In this document: one piece after another, positions 36,828 to 46,255 of the stretch | Layout of the letters: each line of letters starts with the position of its first letter | How positions within the stretch are numbered: the first letter of the stretch is position 1 | Source: an uncultured Polyangiaceae bacterium | Lineage (GTDB): Bacteria; Myxococcota_A; Polyangia; Polyangiales; Houyiibacteriaceae | Direction: 5' to 3' | Assembly (NCBI GenBank): GCA_964195565.1 | Contig: CAXMRN010000075.1 | Coordinates: 671-64,670, forward strand | DNA length: 64,000 nucleotides | Made by a program: the position numbers and the translations under genes | Notes under the pieces: generated by a model | Told to the model about the DNA's origin: nothing | The model's database searches: none | What the model saw: only the letters and a program-made list of their open reading frames with translations

Positions 36828-37652
36828 ATGTACATGAAATTCAATCCAATTTGGCTGATTTCCGGGCTTCTGCTGATCGGCTCGACCGGCTGCACACAGG
36901 TGGACGCCGGGAACCTCGGGATCGTGATGAAGTGGGGTGAGATCCAAGACGTCGCGCTCCAAGAAGGCATCCACTTTCGGATGCCGTTGCAGACACAGAT
37001 CGTCAACATCTCGACCCGGGTTCACAAAATGGAAGCCAGCGCCACGGCGTCCTCGAAGGACCTGCAAGTCGTGTCGACGAAGATCGCGTTGAACTACCGA
37101 GTCGACGCGGCGCAGATCGTCGAGCTCTTTCGCAATGTCGGAACACGTCTGGTCGTGGAGAACACGATCATCGATCCCGCTCTTCAGGAATCCCTCAAGC
37201 AGGCGACCGCGCAGTACACCGCCGAAGAGCTCATCACCAAGAGGCAGGAAGTAAAAGAGACGCTCGGTGAGAGCATCAAGGTCACGCTCGCGAAGAGCGA
37301 TGTCCTCGTGACCGAGTTGTCGATCACGGACTTCCAGTTCGCAGCGGAGTACCAACAGGCGGTGGAGGCGAAACAGGTCGCGGAGCAGCGTGCGCTCACC
37401 GCAACGAATGACCTCGCACGCATCAAGGTCGAGGCGGAGCAGGCGGAGGCGAGGGCTCGGGGTACGGCGAATGCGATGTTGGCCCGAGCGGAGGCCGAAG
37501 CCAAGGCGCAGGAACTCCTGCGGAAGACAATTAGCGCTGAAATCGTGTATTTACGAGCCGTGGAGAAGTGGGACGGCAGGCAGCCAGCGGTGGTCGGAGA
37601 GGGCGGGGCGATCCTCGATCTGGGTGCGATCAAGAAGGCAGCCCAACGCTGA
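36828..37652 (+). CDS. SPFH/Band-7 (prohibitin-like) lipoprotein
   Basis: Lipobox 'LIGSTGC', SPFH core, and a C-terminal Ala/Glu coiled coil 'AEQAEARARGTANAMLARAEAEAKA'. Confidence 0.8.
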   Translation: MYMKFNPIWLISGLLLIGSTGCTQVDAGNLGIVMKWGEIQDVALQEGIHFRMPLQTQIVNISTRVHKMEASATASSKDLQVVSTKIALNYRVDAAQIVELFRNVGTRLVVENTIIDPALQESLKQATAQYTAEELITKRQEVKETLGESIKVTLAKSDVLVTELSITDFQFAAEYQQAVEAKQVAEQRALTATNDLARIKVEAEQAEARARGTANAMLARAEAEAKAQELLRKTISAEIVYLRAVEKWDGRQPAVVGEGGAILDLGAIKKAAQR

Positions 37653-38606
37653 TCAACGTCCGTCTTGGACGAGGCTGGCGAGCTTCGGGAGCAGCGTCTC
37701 GTGAAGGTTGTCGTGTCGCGGGTTGTTGCTGCTCATCGCGCGCAAGATCCCGCTCTGATCGATCAAGTGAAACCCGGGGATGAGCGCGCGCGTCTCCGGG
37801 GTGATGAACCGTTGGTCTCCGATGAGGACAACCTCGTTCTGGTGGCGGTCCATTGTGAAGTGACTCGCCCACGCACGTACGTCTTGCGCGGTCGGTGGGC
37901 TCCGGCCATCCATCCCATAGAGCACGAGTTGCACGAATACGACCTCGGGATGGTCGAGTGAGAGCTTCGCGTACCCTCGCGCATACTCCTCGATCGAGCC
38001 GAGCCCTCGCTGTGGTTCGATCCCGCGGAAGCGCTCTTTGCCCGCCTCGTTGCCGCCCGCGAACGCGTGGCATGCACGGCAAGTCAGCCCCACTACCTCG
38101 ACCAGAATCACTTTGCCACGGAAGTCGCTGAGGGCGGTGACCTGCCCGGTTTGGTCCTTCAAGACCAGGTTGGGATAGAACTGTCCGACCGCCGGCGGCC
38201 AATCTCGCAGAGGCGTGCTGGGGTCGTACTTTGTACTGCTTTTCCCGAGGATTGGCGTGGCCTTCCGGGTCGGCGACACCGGCCCAGCGGGGCGCCCTTG
38301 GTTGGACTGGAGCGCGCTCGGGTCCATTTGCTTCAGCGCGGCGATCGGGTCTTTTTCGATCTCGCGGAGCCAGTCCTTTTGGGCAGGCGGCGGTGGCGCC
38401 TGCAACTTCGAGGCGACCCAGTCGGCGTCGATCACCGCCGGAGTTGCGTCATCCGAAGCAGGCGGCGCGCCAGTTGTGGTCTCGCCCGACGGGGGGTCGT
38501 GCGAGACTCCTCGGTCGCACGCAGCCACGGCAAACAGGGCAAGCAGTAGGCACAAGAGGGACGCGCAAAGCAACGCGTGCCCTCGCGTCGTCCGAGGCTC
38601 GGTCAC
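37653..38606 (-). CDS. Thioredoxin-fold (redoxin/TlpA-like) lipoprotein with CxxC
   Basis: Lipobox 'FAVAAC'. 'FRGKVILVEVVGLTCRACH' resembles the redoxin active site. Confidence 0.55.
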   Translation of the reverse strand: MTEPRTTRGHALLCASLLCLLLALFAVAACDRGVSHDPPSGETTTGAPPASDDATPAVIDADWVASKLQAPPPPAQKDWLREIEKDPIAALKQMDPSALQSNQGRPAGPVSPTRKATPILGKSSTKYDPSTPLRDWPPAVGQFYPNLVLKDQTGQVTALSDFRGKVILVEVVGLTCRACHAFAGGNEAGKERFRGIEPQRGLGSIEEYARGYAKLSLDHPEVVFVQLVLYGMDGRSPPTAQDVRAWASHFTMDRHQNEVVLIGDQRFITPETRALIPGFHLIDQSGILRAMSSNNPRHDNLHETLLPKLASLVQDGR

Positions 38607-38618
38607 CTGCGCAGCGTA

Positions 38619-39464
38619 TCAGAAGCCGGCGATAAAGTGGCCGAACGCCCAGGTCGCCGGTGCGGTAAAGGCGAGGGCGTCCGCGCGGTCGAGAATGCCG
38701 CCGTGCCCCGGGAGGATGCCGCCGCTGTCCTTGACCCCGCTGCTGCGCTTGAGCACGGACACCCAAAGGTCGCCCGCCTGACCCGCTGCCCCCGCAAGAA
38801 TCCCGAGCGCGATCGCGTCGACAACGCCAAGGGCCGGCAGGAAGAAACTGATGATGACGGCGCAAACCACCGAAGCCGCGAGACCACCGGCCGCTCCTTC
38901 GAGTGTTTTCTTAGGGGAAATGCGGGGCGCGAGCTTGGTTTTTCCATACTTTCGACCCACGAAATAGGCGGAGGTGTCGCTGCCCCAGGCGAGGGCCATC
39001 GCGAGGAAGACCCAGGCTCCGGTGGGAGGGAAATCGCGCACGAGCGCAACCGCAGAGAGGCTCCCGCCGACATAGACGGGTGTGCCGAGCAACCAGCCGA
39101 CGCGCACGCTCGCATTGTGAAGCGGATCCTCTTGCAACAAGCTCCACGCCATCGCGCCGACGATGATCAACAACACGACGCCGTACATTGCGGCCACCGA
39201 GTCGACGAAGATGATCGTGTACGCGAACAACACCGAAGACGCCGAGCCCCAAGTGCGAAGACCTCGCGAAGAGGGAACCTTCATTGCCATGAGCTCGTAG
39301 CCGGCGATCGCGACCGCTGTGAGGATGAACGCGTGCCAAGCCCAACGTGGCCCGGCGAACATCATCCACACGATGATCGGAACGAGCGGCACTACGGTGA
39401 CCACACGAAGTGCGGTTCCCGACAAACCTTTCTTCTTGGGCGGTTGCTCGATGGCGTCGTTCAT
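38619..39464 (-). CDS. cdsA: Phosphatidate cytidylyltransferase
   Basis: Multi-TM with C-terminal signature 'KR..GVKDSG.ILPGHGGILDR.D'. The ATG at 39464 gives an ATGA overlap with uppS; the 456-aa track ORF extension lies antisense/out of frame inside uppS. Confidence 0.85.
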   Translation of the reverse strand: MNDAIEQPPKKKGLSGTALRVVTVVPLVPIIVWMMFAGPRWAWHAFILTAVAIAGYELMAMKVPSSRGLRTWGSASSVLFAYTIIFVDSVAAMYGVVLLIIVGAMAWSLLQEDPLHNASVRVGWLLGTPVYVGGSLSAVALVRDFPPTGAWVFLAMALAWGSDTSAYFVGRKYGKTKLAPRISPKKTLEGAAGGLAASVVCAVIISFFLPALGVVDAIALGILAGAAGQAGDLWVSVLKRSSGVKDSGGILPGHGGILDRADALAFTAPATWAFGHFIAGF

Positions 39465-40237
39465 AATGCGCGCTCCAAATCGTTGCTTGCTTCGCTGGTT
39501 GAGTCCTCTTGCACGGCCTCCGGAACGAGGCCAAACCGCCGCTGTCTCCCCTGGTATGCCTGAATCGCGTAATATAGCGAAGTTGTGTCGAAATCCGGCC
39601 AAAGCTGCTCGGTGAAATAGAACTCTGCGTAGGCCGATCCCCACAGCAGAAAATTGCTGATTCGCTGCTCGCCACCGGTGCGAATCAGCAGGTCGACAGG
39701 GCCGACGTCCATGGACGGGAGGAGCTTCGCGACCGCCGCTTCGTCGATGTCGTTCGGGTCGACGGAACCGTCGCGCGCTTGGGTGGCAAGCGCGCGCGCA
39801 GCATCGATCAACTCTTCGCGCCCGCCGTAGGAGAGCGCGAGGCTCAACGTCATGCCTTCGTTCGACTCGGTCTCGGACATGAGGGTCGTCAGCCTTGCTT
39901 GCGCGTGTTGCGGAAGCTTGTGCAGTCGGCCGATTGCGGACAAACGAATCTCGTTGTCGACGAGCTCGTTGCGCTCCGACACGAGACACTCACACAACAG
40001 ATCGACGAGCGCATTGATCTCCGCTTGGGGGCGGTCCCAGTTCTGTTCGCTGAACGCGTACAACGTCAGCGCCGGAATGCCGAGCCGTCGCGCGGCGCGC
40101 ATCGTCGCGCGAACTGCATCGGCACCGCGTTCGTGTCCCAACGTTCGCGGCTTGCCTCTCGCTTGAGCCCAGCGCCCGTTTCCGTCCATGATGATGGCAA
40201 CGTGCTTGGGTAGTCGGCTAACATCGACCAAGGCCAT
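39461..40237 (-). CDS. uppS: Undecaprenyl (isoprenyl) diphosphate synthase
   Basis: 'HVAIIMDGNGRWA', 'LTLYAFS.QNW.RP', 'DLLIRTGGE.R.SNFLLW'. Confidence 0.95.
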   Translation of the reverse strand: MALVDVSRLPKHVAIIMDGNGRWAQARGKPRTLGHERGADAVRATMRAARRLGIPALTLYAFSEQNWDRPQAEINALVDLLCECLVSERNELVDNEIRLSAIGRLHKLPQHAQARLTTLMSETESNEGMTLSLALSYGGREELIDAARALATQARDGSVDPNDIDEAAVAKLLPSMDVGPVDLLIRTGGEQRISNFLLWGSAYAEFYFTEQLWPDFDTTSLYYAIQAYQGRQRRFGLVPEAVQEDSTSEASNDLERAL

Positions 40238-40427
40238 GGCGAGCGAGTATCATGCAGCCTCGAAGGCAGCAAGAACGCCTGCGCTTCGCCGAGAAGAGCA
40301 ATATCGGCTGGGTTGCATATCAGAAACGCCAGTTTTGTCGTATTTATGTCGATAAACGGTCGGTTCTGCCCATGAACGGATTCCCACGATGTTGAAAGAG
40401 AGTCACGAATGCTTAAGGTGATCCGCT

Positions 40428-41384
40428 ATGGCCGACCGTGATTTCTACAAGATCCTAGGGATGCCACGCGATGCAAGCCCGCAGGAGCTCAAGAAAGCCT
40501 ACCGCCAGCTCGCCAAGGAGCTCCACCCCGATCACAACCCGGACGACCAAGAGGCCGAGGAGCGATTCAAGGATGTGTCCGCGGCCTATACGGTGGTTTC
40601 AGACCCGGAGAAGCGGAAGCTGTACGACGAGTTCGGCGAGATGGGGCTTCGCGAGGGGTTCGACCCCAATGCGTATCAGGCCGCCACCCAGGGAGCCGGA
40701 GGCTTCGGGGGCTTCGACTTTGGAGACATCTTCGGTGGCGGGGCGCGGGGCGGGGGACGTGCCGGCCACGTCGAGTTCGACCTCGAGGATCTTTTCGGCG
40801 GGCGCGGACCGGGTCGCGGGTCCTATGTGCGCGCCCCTCAGAGGGGGGCCGACATCCAGTCGGAGGTGACGATCGATTTCCGGGACGCCGTCCTCGGCTG
40901 CATGCGAGAGCTGAGCCTTCGCTCGGCGGAGGGCGAACGGACAATCAAGGTACGAATCCCGGCGGGAGTGCGGAAGGGCGGCAAGATCCGACTTCGTGGG
41001 CAAGGCGGCGTCGGCGGCAACGGCGGTCCGTCCGGGGACCTCGTGCTCAAAGTCAACGTAGAGAAGCACCCCTACTTCTCGATGCGAGGGAAGCAGCTCC
41101 ACGTCAGGGTTCCAGTGACTCCCCTCGAGGCGTACTCGGGCGCCAAGGTCACCGTGCCGACGCCGGAGGGGGACGTCCAGCTTTCGATTCCGGCTGGGTC
41201 TCAGAACGGGTCGAAGCTGCGCCTGCGCGGAAAGGGTGTCCAGCCCAAAGGCAAAGCCCAGGGCGACCTGATCGCGCAACTCGAGCTCATCCTTCCGGAA
41301 GGGCACGCGGACGAGGTCGAGGAGGCGCTGAAAACGGTGGACGAGGCGTTCGAGGGGGACCCTCGTGGGGACCTCCGGCTCTGA
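40428..41384 (+). CDS. cbpA: CbpA-like J-domain protein (J domain + G/F region + C-terminal substrate-binding domains, no zinc finger)
   Basis: 'DFYKILG', 'LHPDHNP', and a Gly-rich linker. There are no CxxCxGxG repeats. Confidence 0.75.
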   Translation: MADRDFYKILGMPRDASPQELKKAYRQLAKELHPDHNPDDQEAEERFKDVSAAYTVVSDPEKRKLYDEFGEMGLREGFDPNAYQAATQGAGGFGGFDFGDIFGGGARGGGRAGHVEFDLEDLFGGRGPGRGSYVRAPQRGADIQSEVTIDFRDAVLGCMRELSLRSAEGERTIKVRIPAGVRKGGKIRLRGQGGVGGNGGPSGDLVLKVNVEKHPYFSMRGKQLHVRVPVTPLEAYSGAKVTVPTPEGDVQLSIPAGSQNGSKLRLRGKGVQPKGKAQGDLIAQLELILPEGHADEVEEALKTVDEAFEGDPRGDLRL

Positions 41385-41385
41385 A

Positions 41386-41401
41386 TGTTTCACGTGCAAC
41401 A
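41386..41401. other. parS: parS (ParB-binding centromere-like site), copy 1
   Basis: tgtttcacgtgcaaca matches 15/16 positions of the palindromic parS consensus TGTTTCACGTGAAACA. Confidence 0.8.
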
Positions 41402-41431
41402 ACTCCGGCTGGAGGCGACCCGCCGTCTGGA

Positions 41432-41447
41432 CGTTTCACGTGAAACA
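41432..41447. other. parS: parS (ParB-binding centromere-like site), copy 2
   Basis: cgtttcacgtgaaaca matches 15/16. The inner 14 bp, GTTTCACGTGAAAC, form a perfect palindrome. Confidence 0.85.
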
Positions 41448-41500
41448 ATCCCCAGTAGGCCGGGTTTGACCCCTGCCGAACCCTGGGCTTAGATCCGACC

Positions 41501-42661
41501 ATGGGCTTCCAAACCCAAATCCGTGAGGCCCTTTCCGAGCTCGAAGCAACCGGGTTGCTCCGCCGTCCCCTACGCATCTCCGGGCCCCAGGGCCCCGAGA
41601 TTCAGATCGACGGCCGCCGCGTGCTCTGCCTCTGCTCCAACAATTACCTCGGCCTCGCTAACCACCCAGCCCTCGTCCGTGCGTCCAGCGCCTCCGCCCG
41701 GGATGAAGGCGTTGGCGCCGCGGCGTCGCGCCTCATCACCGGCACAATGGATGCCCACCGGGATGCCGAAGTCGCGTACGCGGACTTCGTGGGCCTCCCG
41801 GCCGCTGCCCTCTTCTCCACCGGCTACGCAGCCAACATCGGAACCATCCAAGCACTCGCAGGCCCCGGCGACGTGATCTTCAGCGACGCGCTCAACCACG
41901 CGAGCCTCATCGATGGTTGCCGACTCTCGAGAGCCAAGATCATCGTCTATTCTCACCGGGACCCGAACCACCTGGAGTCACTTCTTCGGGAGCACCGCCC
42001 AGCCGCCGGTCGCGCCCTCATCATCACCGACTCATTGTTCTCGATGGATGGCGTCGTGGCTCCGCTTGCTGACCTCGCGAGCCTCGCGCGTTCTTTCGAC
42101 GCCGGACTGCTGGTTGACGAGGCGCACGCACTTGGTGTCTTCGGCCCGAGCGGTAGGGGCCTCTCTGCCGCCGCAGGCATCGAACCCGATGTGGTGGTCG
42201 GCACGCTCGGCAAGTCGTTCGGGGTGGCGGGCGCCTTCGTGGCAGCCAGTGACGCTGTCGTGTCCCTCATCCGCAACCGGGCTCGCAGCTTCGTCTACTC
42301 GACTGCGCCACCTCCCCTTGTCGCGCGCGCGGCGATCACCGCACTGCAACTGGTCCGAGAAGCAGACGCCGGCCGCCGGACGCTGCTGTCCAACGCCGGC
42401 ATGCTACGCGCGGAGCTACACCGACTCGGCTTTGAAGTCGCGCCTGGAGATAGTCAGATTCTGCCTGTTTTAATCGGGGAGAACGATCGTACAATGCAGC
42501 TCTCGGCGAAACTCCTCGCCCGAGGGGTTTTCGTCCAGGGGATCAGGCCACCGACGGTCCGAGAAGGGACTGCCAGGCTTCGGCTCACGCCCATGGCTAC
42601 GCATCGACCAGAACATATCGAACGAGTGATCGACGCGTTTGCGAAGGAGGCCAGCAAATGA
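41501..42661 (+). CDS. bioF: 8-amino-7-oxononanoate synthase
   Basis: Alpha-oxoamine synthase family: 'NNYLGL', 'DEAHA.G', and PLP lysine 'GTLGKSFG'. Confidence 0.85.
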   Translation: MGFQTQIREALSELEATGLLRRPLRISGPQGPEIQIDGRRVLCLCSNNYLGLANHPALVRASSASARDEGVGAAASRLITGTMDAHRDAEVAYADFVGLPAAALFSTGYAANIGTIQALAGPGDVIFSDALNHASLIDGCRLSRAKIIVYSHRDPNHLESLLREHRPAAGRALIITDSLFSMDGVVAPLADLASLARSFDAGLLVDEAHALGVFGPSGRGLSAAAGIEPDVVVGTLGKSFGVAGAFVAASDAVVSLIRNRARSFVYSTAPPPLVARAAITALQLVREADAGRRTLLSNAGMLRAELHRLGFEVAPGDSQILPVLIGENDRTMQLSAKLLARGVFVQGIRPPTVREGTARLRLTPMATHRPEHIERVIDAFAKEASK

Positions 42662-43332
42662 AGGGCGCGTTCATCACCGCAACGGGCACCGGAGTTGGCA
42701 AGACATGGCTCAGCACCGCACTCACCACCGCGTGCGTGCAACGAGGCAAACGCGTTGCCGCCATCAAACCGATCGAGACCGGCGTCGATCCCGACCCGAT
42801 CGACGCGCTCGAACTCGCACGCGCCTGTGGCAATGAGTCGCTCGCGACGGCGCCCGGTCTCTATCGCGCCAAAGAACCGCTCGCACCGTACGCGATCGAA
42901 AAGCGCGGCGGGCCAAGCGTTGGTTCGTTGCGCGTCCTCGCCAAACGTATCCGCGAGCTTGCGCGAGATGCGGACTACACGATCGTCGAAGGCGTTGGCG
43001 GTGTCCTCGTTCCAGTCGATCGTGAGCACACGATTGCAGACCTAGCCGCGCTACTCGATCTGCAAACGGTCGTCGTCGCGCGCAACTCTCTCGGCGTGTT
43101 GTCGTACACACTCACCGCGTTGGAGGCGCTTCGCAAAAGAAAGATCTCGGTGCGCGCAATCGTCCTGAACCACGTCGACCGGAACCACAAAGAGGACATG
43201 AGCAGGACCTCCAACGCAGACGTGCTCGCGGACTACTTCCCTCGCATCCCGATCGTGCGCATCCCCCGCGTACAGAACCCGGGCGACATGGTCGACGCCG
43301 CGTCACAACTCCTTAACATACTGAAAATATAG
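42658..43332 (+). CDS. bioD: Dethiobiotin synthetase
   Basis: 'FITATGTGVGKTW' P-loop, 'KPIETG', 'VEGVGG'. ATGA overlap with bioF. Confidence 0.85.
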   Translation: MKGAFITATGTGVGKTWLSTALTTACVQRGKRVAAIKPIETGVDPDPIDALELARACGNESLATAPGLYRAKEPLAPYAIEKRGGPSVGSLRVLAKRIRELARDADYTIVEGVGGVLVPVDREHTIADLAALLDLQTVVVARNSLGVLSYTLTALEALRKRKISVRAIVLNHVDRNHKEDMSRTSNADVLADYFPRIPIVRIPRVQNPGDMVDAASQLLNILKI

Positions 43333-43374
43333 GGCTTTTGGCGACAGCGTCGAGTAGCTGTATTGATACGCCGC

Positions 43375-44109
43375 TTAGAACGTTCCTGATACCATCACGC
43401 CCATCGGTGATACCGACACCTGCGCTTTGCGCTTCTCTTTGCTGCGCTTCGCGCTCACGCCAAACCAGGTCGCAGCGCCTGCCAACGCGGCAACGCCGAG
43501 ACCGCCGTACACCCAAGTCCACACCGTTGCCGAGTTCTCCGTCACGCAACGACCTGCGACTTCTTGCGAGCACGATCCGTTCTTCGCAAGACCCACACTC
43601 ATCGCGGCAACGCCCGCAACGCCAACCGCAGCGAGCGCACTCGACCCGATGATCGCGGAAGTCGGAATACGGGCCCCGTCGCTCGTCGGGGTCTGGTAAC
43701 GAATCGTCGCCTCCTTGAGCGCAAGCTCGGTTGCTTTGCGCTCGGCGATCGATTGTCGAAGCGCCACGATTCGTTCGCTCACTTCTGCTTCACGTTCAGG
43801 GTCGTCACCCTCCTCGAGATAATGTTCGAACGCTTCGAGTGCTTCCTCTTCTCGCTGCAATCGATCGGCCGCAACGCCGATATTGTACTGCAGCTCGCCT
43901 CGATGGCTCAATCGATACGCGTGGCGGAAGTACACCAACGCAGCTTCATAGTCGGCCTGTTCGAATGCCGCTCGGCCCCGCTCGAAATACTCGCGTGCCG
44001 CGGCGTCATCCGGCGTCTGTTGCGCCCACGCCGGCACTGCGCCGACGAGGCCTGCGAGCAGTACCGCGTAGCATGCTGAGCGACGCACGATCCCCGACCT
44101 CTCCCCCAT
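43375..44109 (-). CDS. TPR-containing secreted protein with C-terminal TM anchor
   Basis: Signal peptide 'AVLLAGLVGAVPAWAQQ', TPR-like 'YFERGRAAFEQADYEAALVYFRHAY', and two C-terminal hydrophobic segments. ATG 44109 is preferred over the start at 44211. Confidence 0.5.
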   Translation of the reverse strand: MGERSGIVRRSACYAVLLAGLVGAVPAWAQQTPDDAAAREYFERGRAAFEQADYEAALVYFRHAYRLSHRGELQYNIGVAADRLQREEEALEAFEHYLEEGDDPEREAEVSERIVALRQSIAERKATELALKEATIRYQTPTSDGARIPTSAIIGSSALAAVGVAGVAAMSVGLAKNGSCSQEVAGRCVTENSATVWTWVYGGLGVAALAGAATWFGVSAKRSKEKRKAQVSVSPMGVMVSGTF

Positions 44110-44201
44110 GACCTTCAAGGTAGAGGGACGACCGCCCCTTTCGCAAGCGAGGTCACCGCACGAATCTTCAGCTCCTGAGCCTCTGCGCAGCCCTGTTCGA
44201 G

Positions 44202-44229
44202 TTGCACGCACAAGACCCGCAGCTATACG
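44202..44229 (+). promoter_or_regulatory. Possible sigma70-like promoter for tRNA-Ala
   Basis: ttgcac-N16-tatacg ending 13 nt before the tRNA 5' end. The match to consensus is weak. Confidence 0.25.
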
Positions 44230-44242
44230 AACGCCCGACCTA

Positions 44243-44315
<73 letters not shown>

Positions 44316-44389
44316 CTGTTTTTCAAGGGTTGGGCCGCGCCGCCGGAGCGAGTTGCACGGCCCAGAACCGCGACTAGGCTGCCGCGCCT

Positions 44390-45478
44390 ATGACTCGCGT
44401 AATCAACTTCAGCGCGGGGCCCGCGACCCTTCCGGTACCGGTCCTCGAGTACGCCCACAACGAGTTCCTCGACCACGAGGGAACCGGAATGTCTCTCATC
44501 GAACACAGCCATCGCGGCGCTGCGTACGCGAAGGTGCACGCGGAGGCGAAGAGCCTGTTCCGTGAGCTCCTCGACATTCCGGACACCCACGAGGTGCTCT
44601 TCATGCAGGGCGGCGCGACGGGCCAGTTCGCGCTCGCACCGATGAACCTGCGCGCTCCGGGCCAGTCCGCTGACTACATCATGACGGGCGCGTGGAGCGA
44701 GAAGGCCTTGGCAGAAGCCAAGATCACGGGTGAAGCCCGCGAGGCTGGGACCGGCAAGGTCGATGGCAAGTACATCCGCGTGCCGAAGCAGGCCGATCTC
44801 GACCTCGACCCCACCGCAGCGTACGCGCACTTCACCACGAACAACACGATCATGGGAACGCAGTTCCACGAGTACCCGGACAGCGGCGATGTTCCGCTCG
44901 TGGCCGACATGTCGAGCGACATGCTCTGGCGCCCGATCGACGTCTCGAAGTTCGGTCTCATCTACGCCGGCGCCCAAAAGAACCTTGGTCCATCGGGCAT
45001 CACAGTCTTGATCCTGCGCAAGGATCTGGCGGAGCGCAGCCCAAAGACGATCCCGAAGATCTTCCGCTACAAGACGATCCTCGACGGCGACTCCCTGCAG
45101 AACACCATCCCTACCTTCGCGGTCTACATGGTGCGTAACGTCCTCCGGTGGGTCCGCGACCTAGGCGGCGCCACCGCGATGGAGAAGCGCAACCGCGACA
45201 AGGCTGGCTACATCTACAACATGATCGACGAGAACCCTGGCTTCTTCCATTGCCCGGTCGAGGTCGACTCACGTTCGATGATGAATCCCGTCTTCCGGCT
45301 CCCCACCGAAGACCTCGAAAAGAAGTTCATCGCGGACGCGGCCGAAGCCGGCATGGTCGGCATCAAGGGCCACCGCTCGGTAGGCGGAATCCGCACCTCG
45401 ATCTACAACGCAATGGAACCAGCCGACGTCCAAAAGTTCGTCGACTTCGCCAAAGCTTTCGCCAAAACCAACGCCTAA
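44390..45478 (+). CDS. serC: Phosphoserine aminotransferase
   Basis: 'INFSAGPA.LP', 'SHR', 'FMQGGAT.QF', 'GAQKN.GP.G' PLP lysine motif. Confidence 0.95.
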   Translation: MTRVINFSAGPATLPVPVLEYAHNEFLDHEGTGMSLIEHSHRGAAYAKVHAEAKSLFRELLDIPDTHEVLFMQGGATGQFALAPMNLRAPGQSADYIMTGAWSEKALAEAKITGEAREAGTGKVDGKYIRVPKQADLDLDPTAAYAHFTTNNTIMGTQFHEYPDSGDVPLVADMSSDMLWRPIDVSKFGLIYAGAQKNLGPSGITVLILRKDLAERSPKTIPKIFRYKTILDGDSLQNTIPTFAVYMVRNVLRWVRDLGGATAMEKRNRDKAGYIYNMIDENPGFFHCPVEVDSRSMMNPVFRLPTEDLEKKFIADAAEAGMVGIKGHRSVGGIRTSIYNAMEPADVQKFVDFAKAFAKTNA

Positions 45479-45498
45479 AAAGGGGTCTGACCCCTTTT
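45478..45498. terminator. Bidirectional hairpin between convergent serC and the Grx-like gene
   Basis: aaaagggg-tctga-cccctttt. The A-run/T-run flanks allow termination in both directions. It overlaps both stop codons. Confidence 0.55.
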
Positions 45499-46201
45499 AC
45501 CCGACGGCGTACGTCTCGTAGAGATAGCGCCGGATATCGGCCGATTCGAACATCTGAACACCGGTGTTCGGGTCCAATAGGTAGGGGACTCTCATCCTGC
45601 CCGAGACGGCGACGAAGCCTTTTCGATCGGGGCTTCTGCGGGGCACATTGCGTAGCTGGTGCGGAAGCTCCAACTCGCACAGCGCCTCTCGTGCGATTCG
45701 GCAGTACGGGGAGCCTTCGTAGGAATAGAGCTCGAGGAGCTTCTCGGGCTGACGGGAACGGACGGCATGCCGGCCTCGACTCGGACGAAATCCGGATGCA
45801 AGCATCGAGGTCGAGACCGCGAACGCACGCTGACGAAGGAACCAGGGCGCGCGACCTTCGCCATACTCACTGAAGAGGTAGGCGACGATGTCCGCCGACT
45901 CGTACATCGAGACGCCGTTGTTTGGATCGACCAAGTACGGAAACTGGTAGCGGCCGCCTTCGCGCTTGACCTTCTCTCGAAACAGCGTGCCGCCTTTGGG
46001 GCAGGGGTAGATGATGGGGTCCAAGCTGAGCGCCGAGAGCGCCTCCCTCGCAATCCGGCAGTAGGGACAGACTTCAAACTCGTAGAGTTGGAGCGGCTCG
46101 GCGGGCACCTTGGTGCGGCCATAGTGCGAGTTGCCAAAGTTCGGGCGCGCGGCGCTTGCCGCCGTCGAAGTCGTGACATCGAGAAATCGAGCGACGTTCA
46201 T
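45497..46201 (-). CDS. Tandem glutaredoxin/GST-N-like domain protein
   Basis: Two repeats of 'LY.FE.CPYCRIAREAL......P....P........V....G....PYL.DPN.GV.M.ESADI..YL', with CPYC in repeat 1 and SPYC in repeat 2. Confidence 0.7.
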   Translation of the reverse strand: MNVARFLDVTTSTAASAARPNFGNSHYGRTKVPAEPLQLYEFEVCPYCRIAREALSALSLDPIIYPCPKGGTLFREKVKREGGRYQFPYLVDPNNGVSMYESADIVAYLFSEYGEGRAPWFLRQRAFAVSTSMLASGFRPSRGRHAVRSRQPEKLLELYSYEGSPYCRIAREALCELELPHQLRNVPRRSPDRKGFVAVSGRMRVPYLLDPNTGVQMFESADIRRYLYETYAVG

Positions 46202-46255
46202 CGGTTCTCCATTAAGGGGACTGTCCCCTTTTTCAAGGAGTGATAGCCTTGGCCG

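Noticed and set aside
39465-39989. Upstream extension of the cdsA ORF to 456 aa
   Set aside because: The extension overlaps uppS in another frame and is Arg-rich. CdsA-like hydrophobic sequence starts at the ATG that forms an ATGA junction with uppS.
40238-40427. Heat-shock control elements (CIRCE or sigma32-type promoter) upstream of cbpA-like and dnaJ (also 52775-52852)
   Set aside because: No TTAGCACTC-N9-GAGTGCTAA inverted repeat was found. GTTGAAA near 40390 lacks a convincing CCCCAT-type -10 element.
41386-41447. Palindromes upstream of bioF considered as a biotin (BirA/BioR/BioQ-type) operator
   Set aside because: The sequence matches the ParB parS consensus almost perfectly and does not resemble the biotin operators I know. 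It is reported as parS instead.
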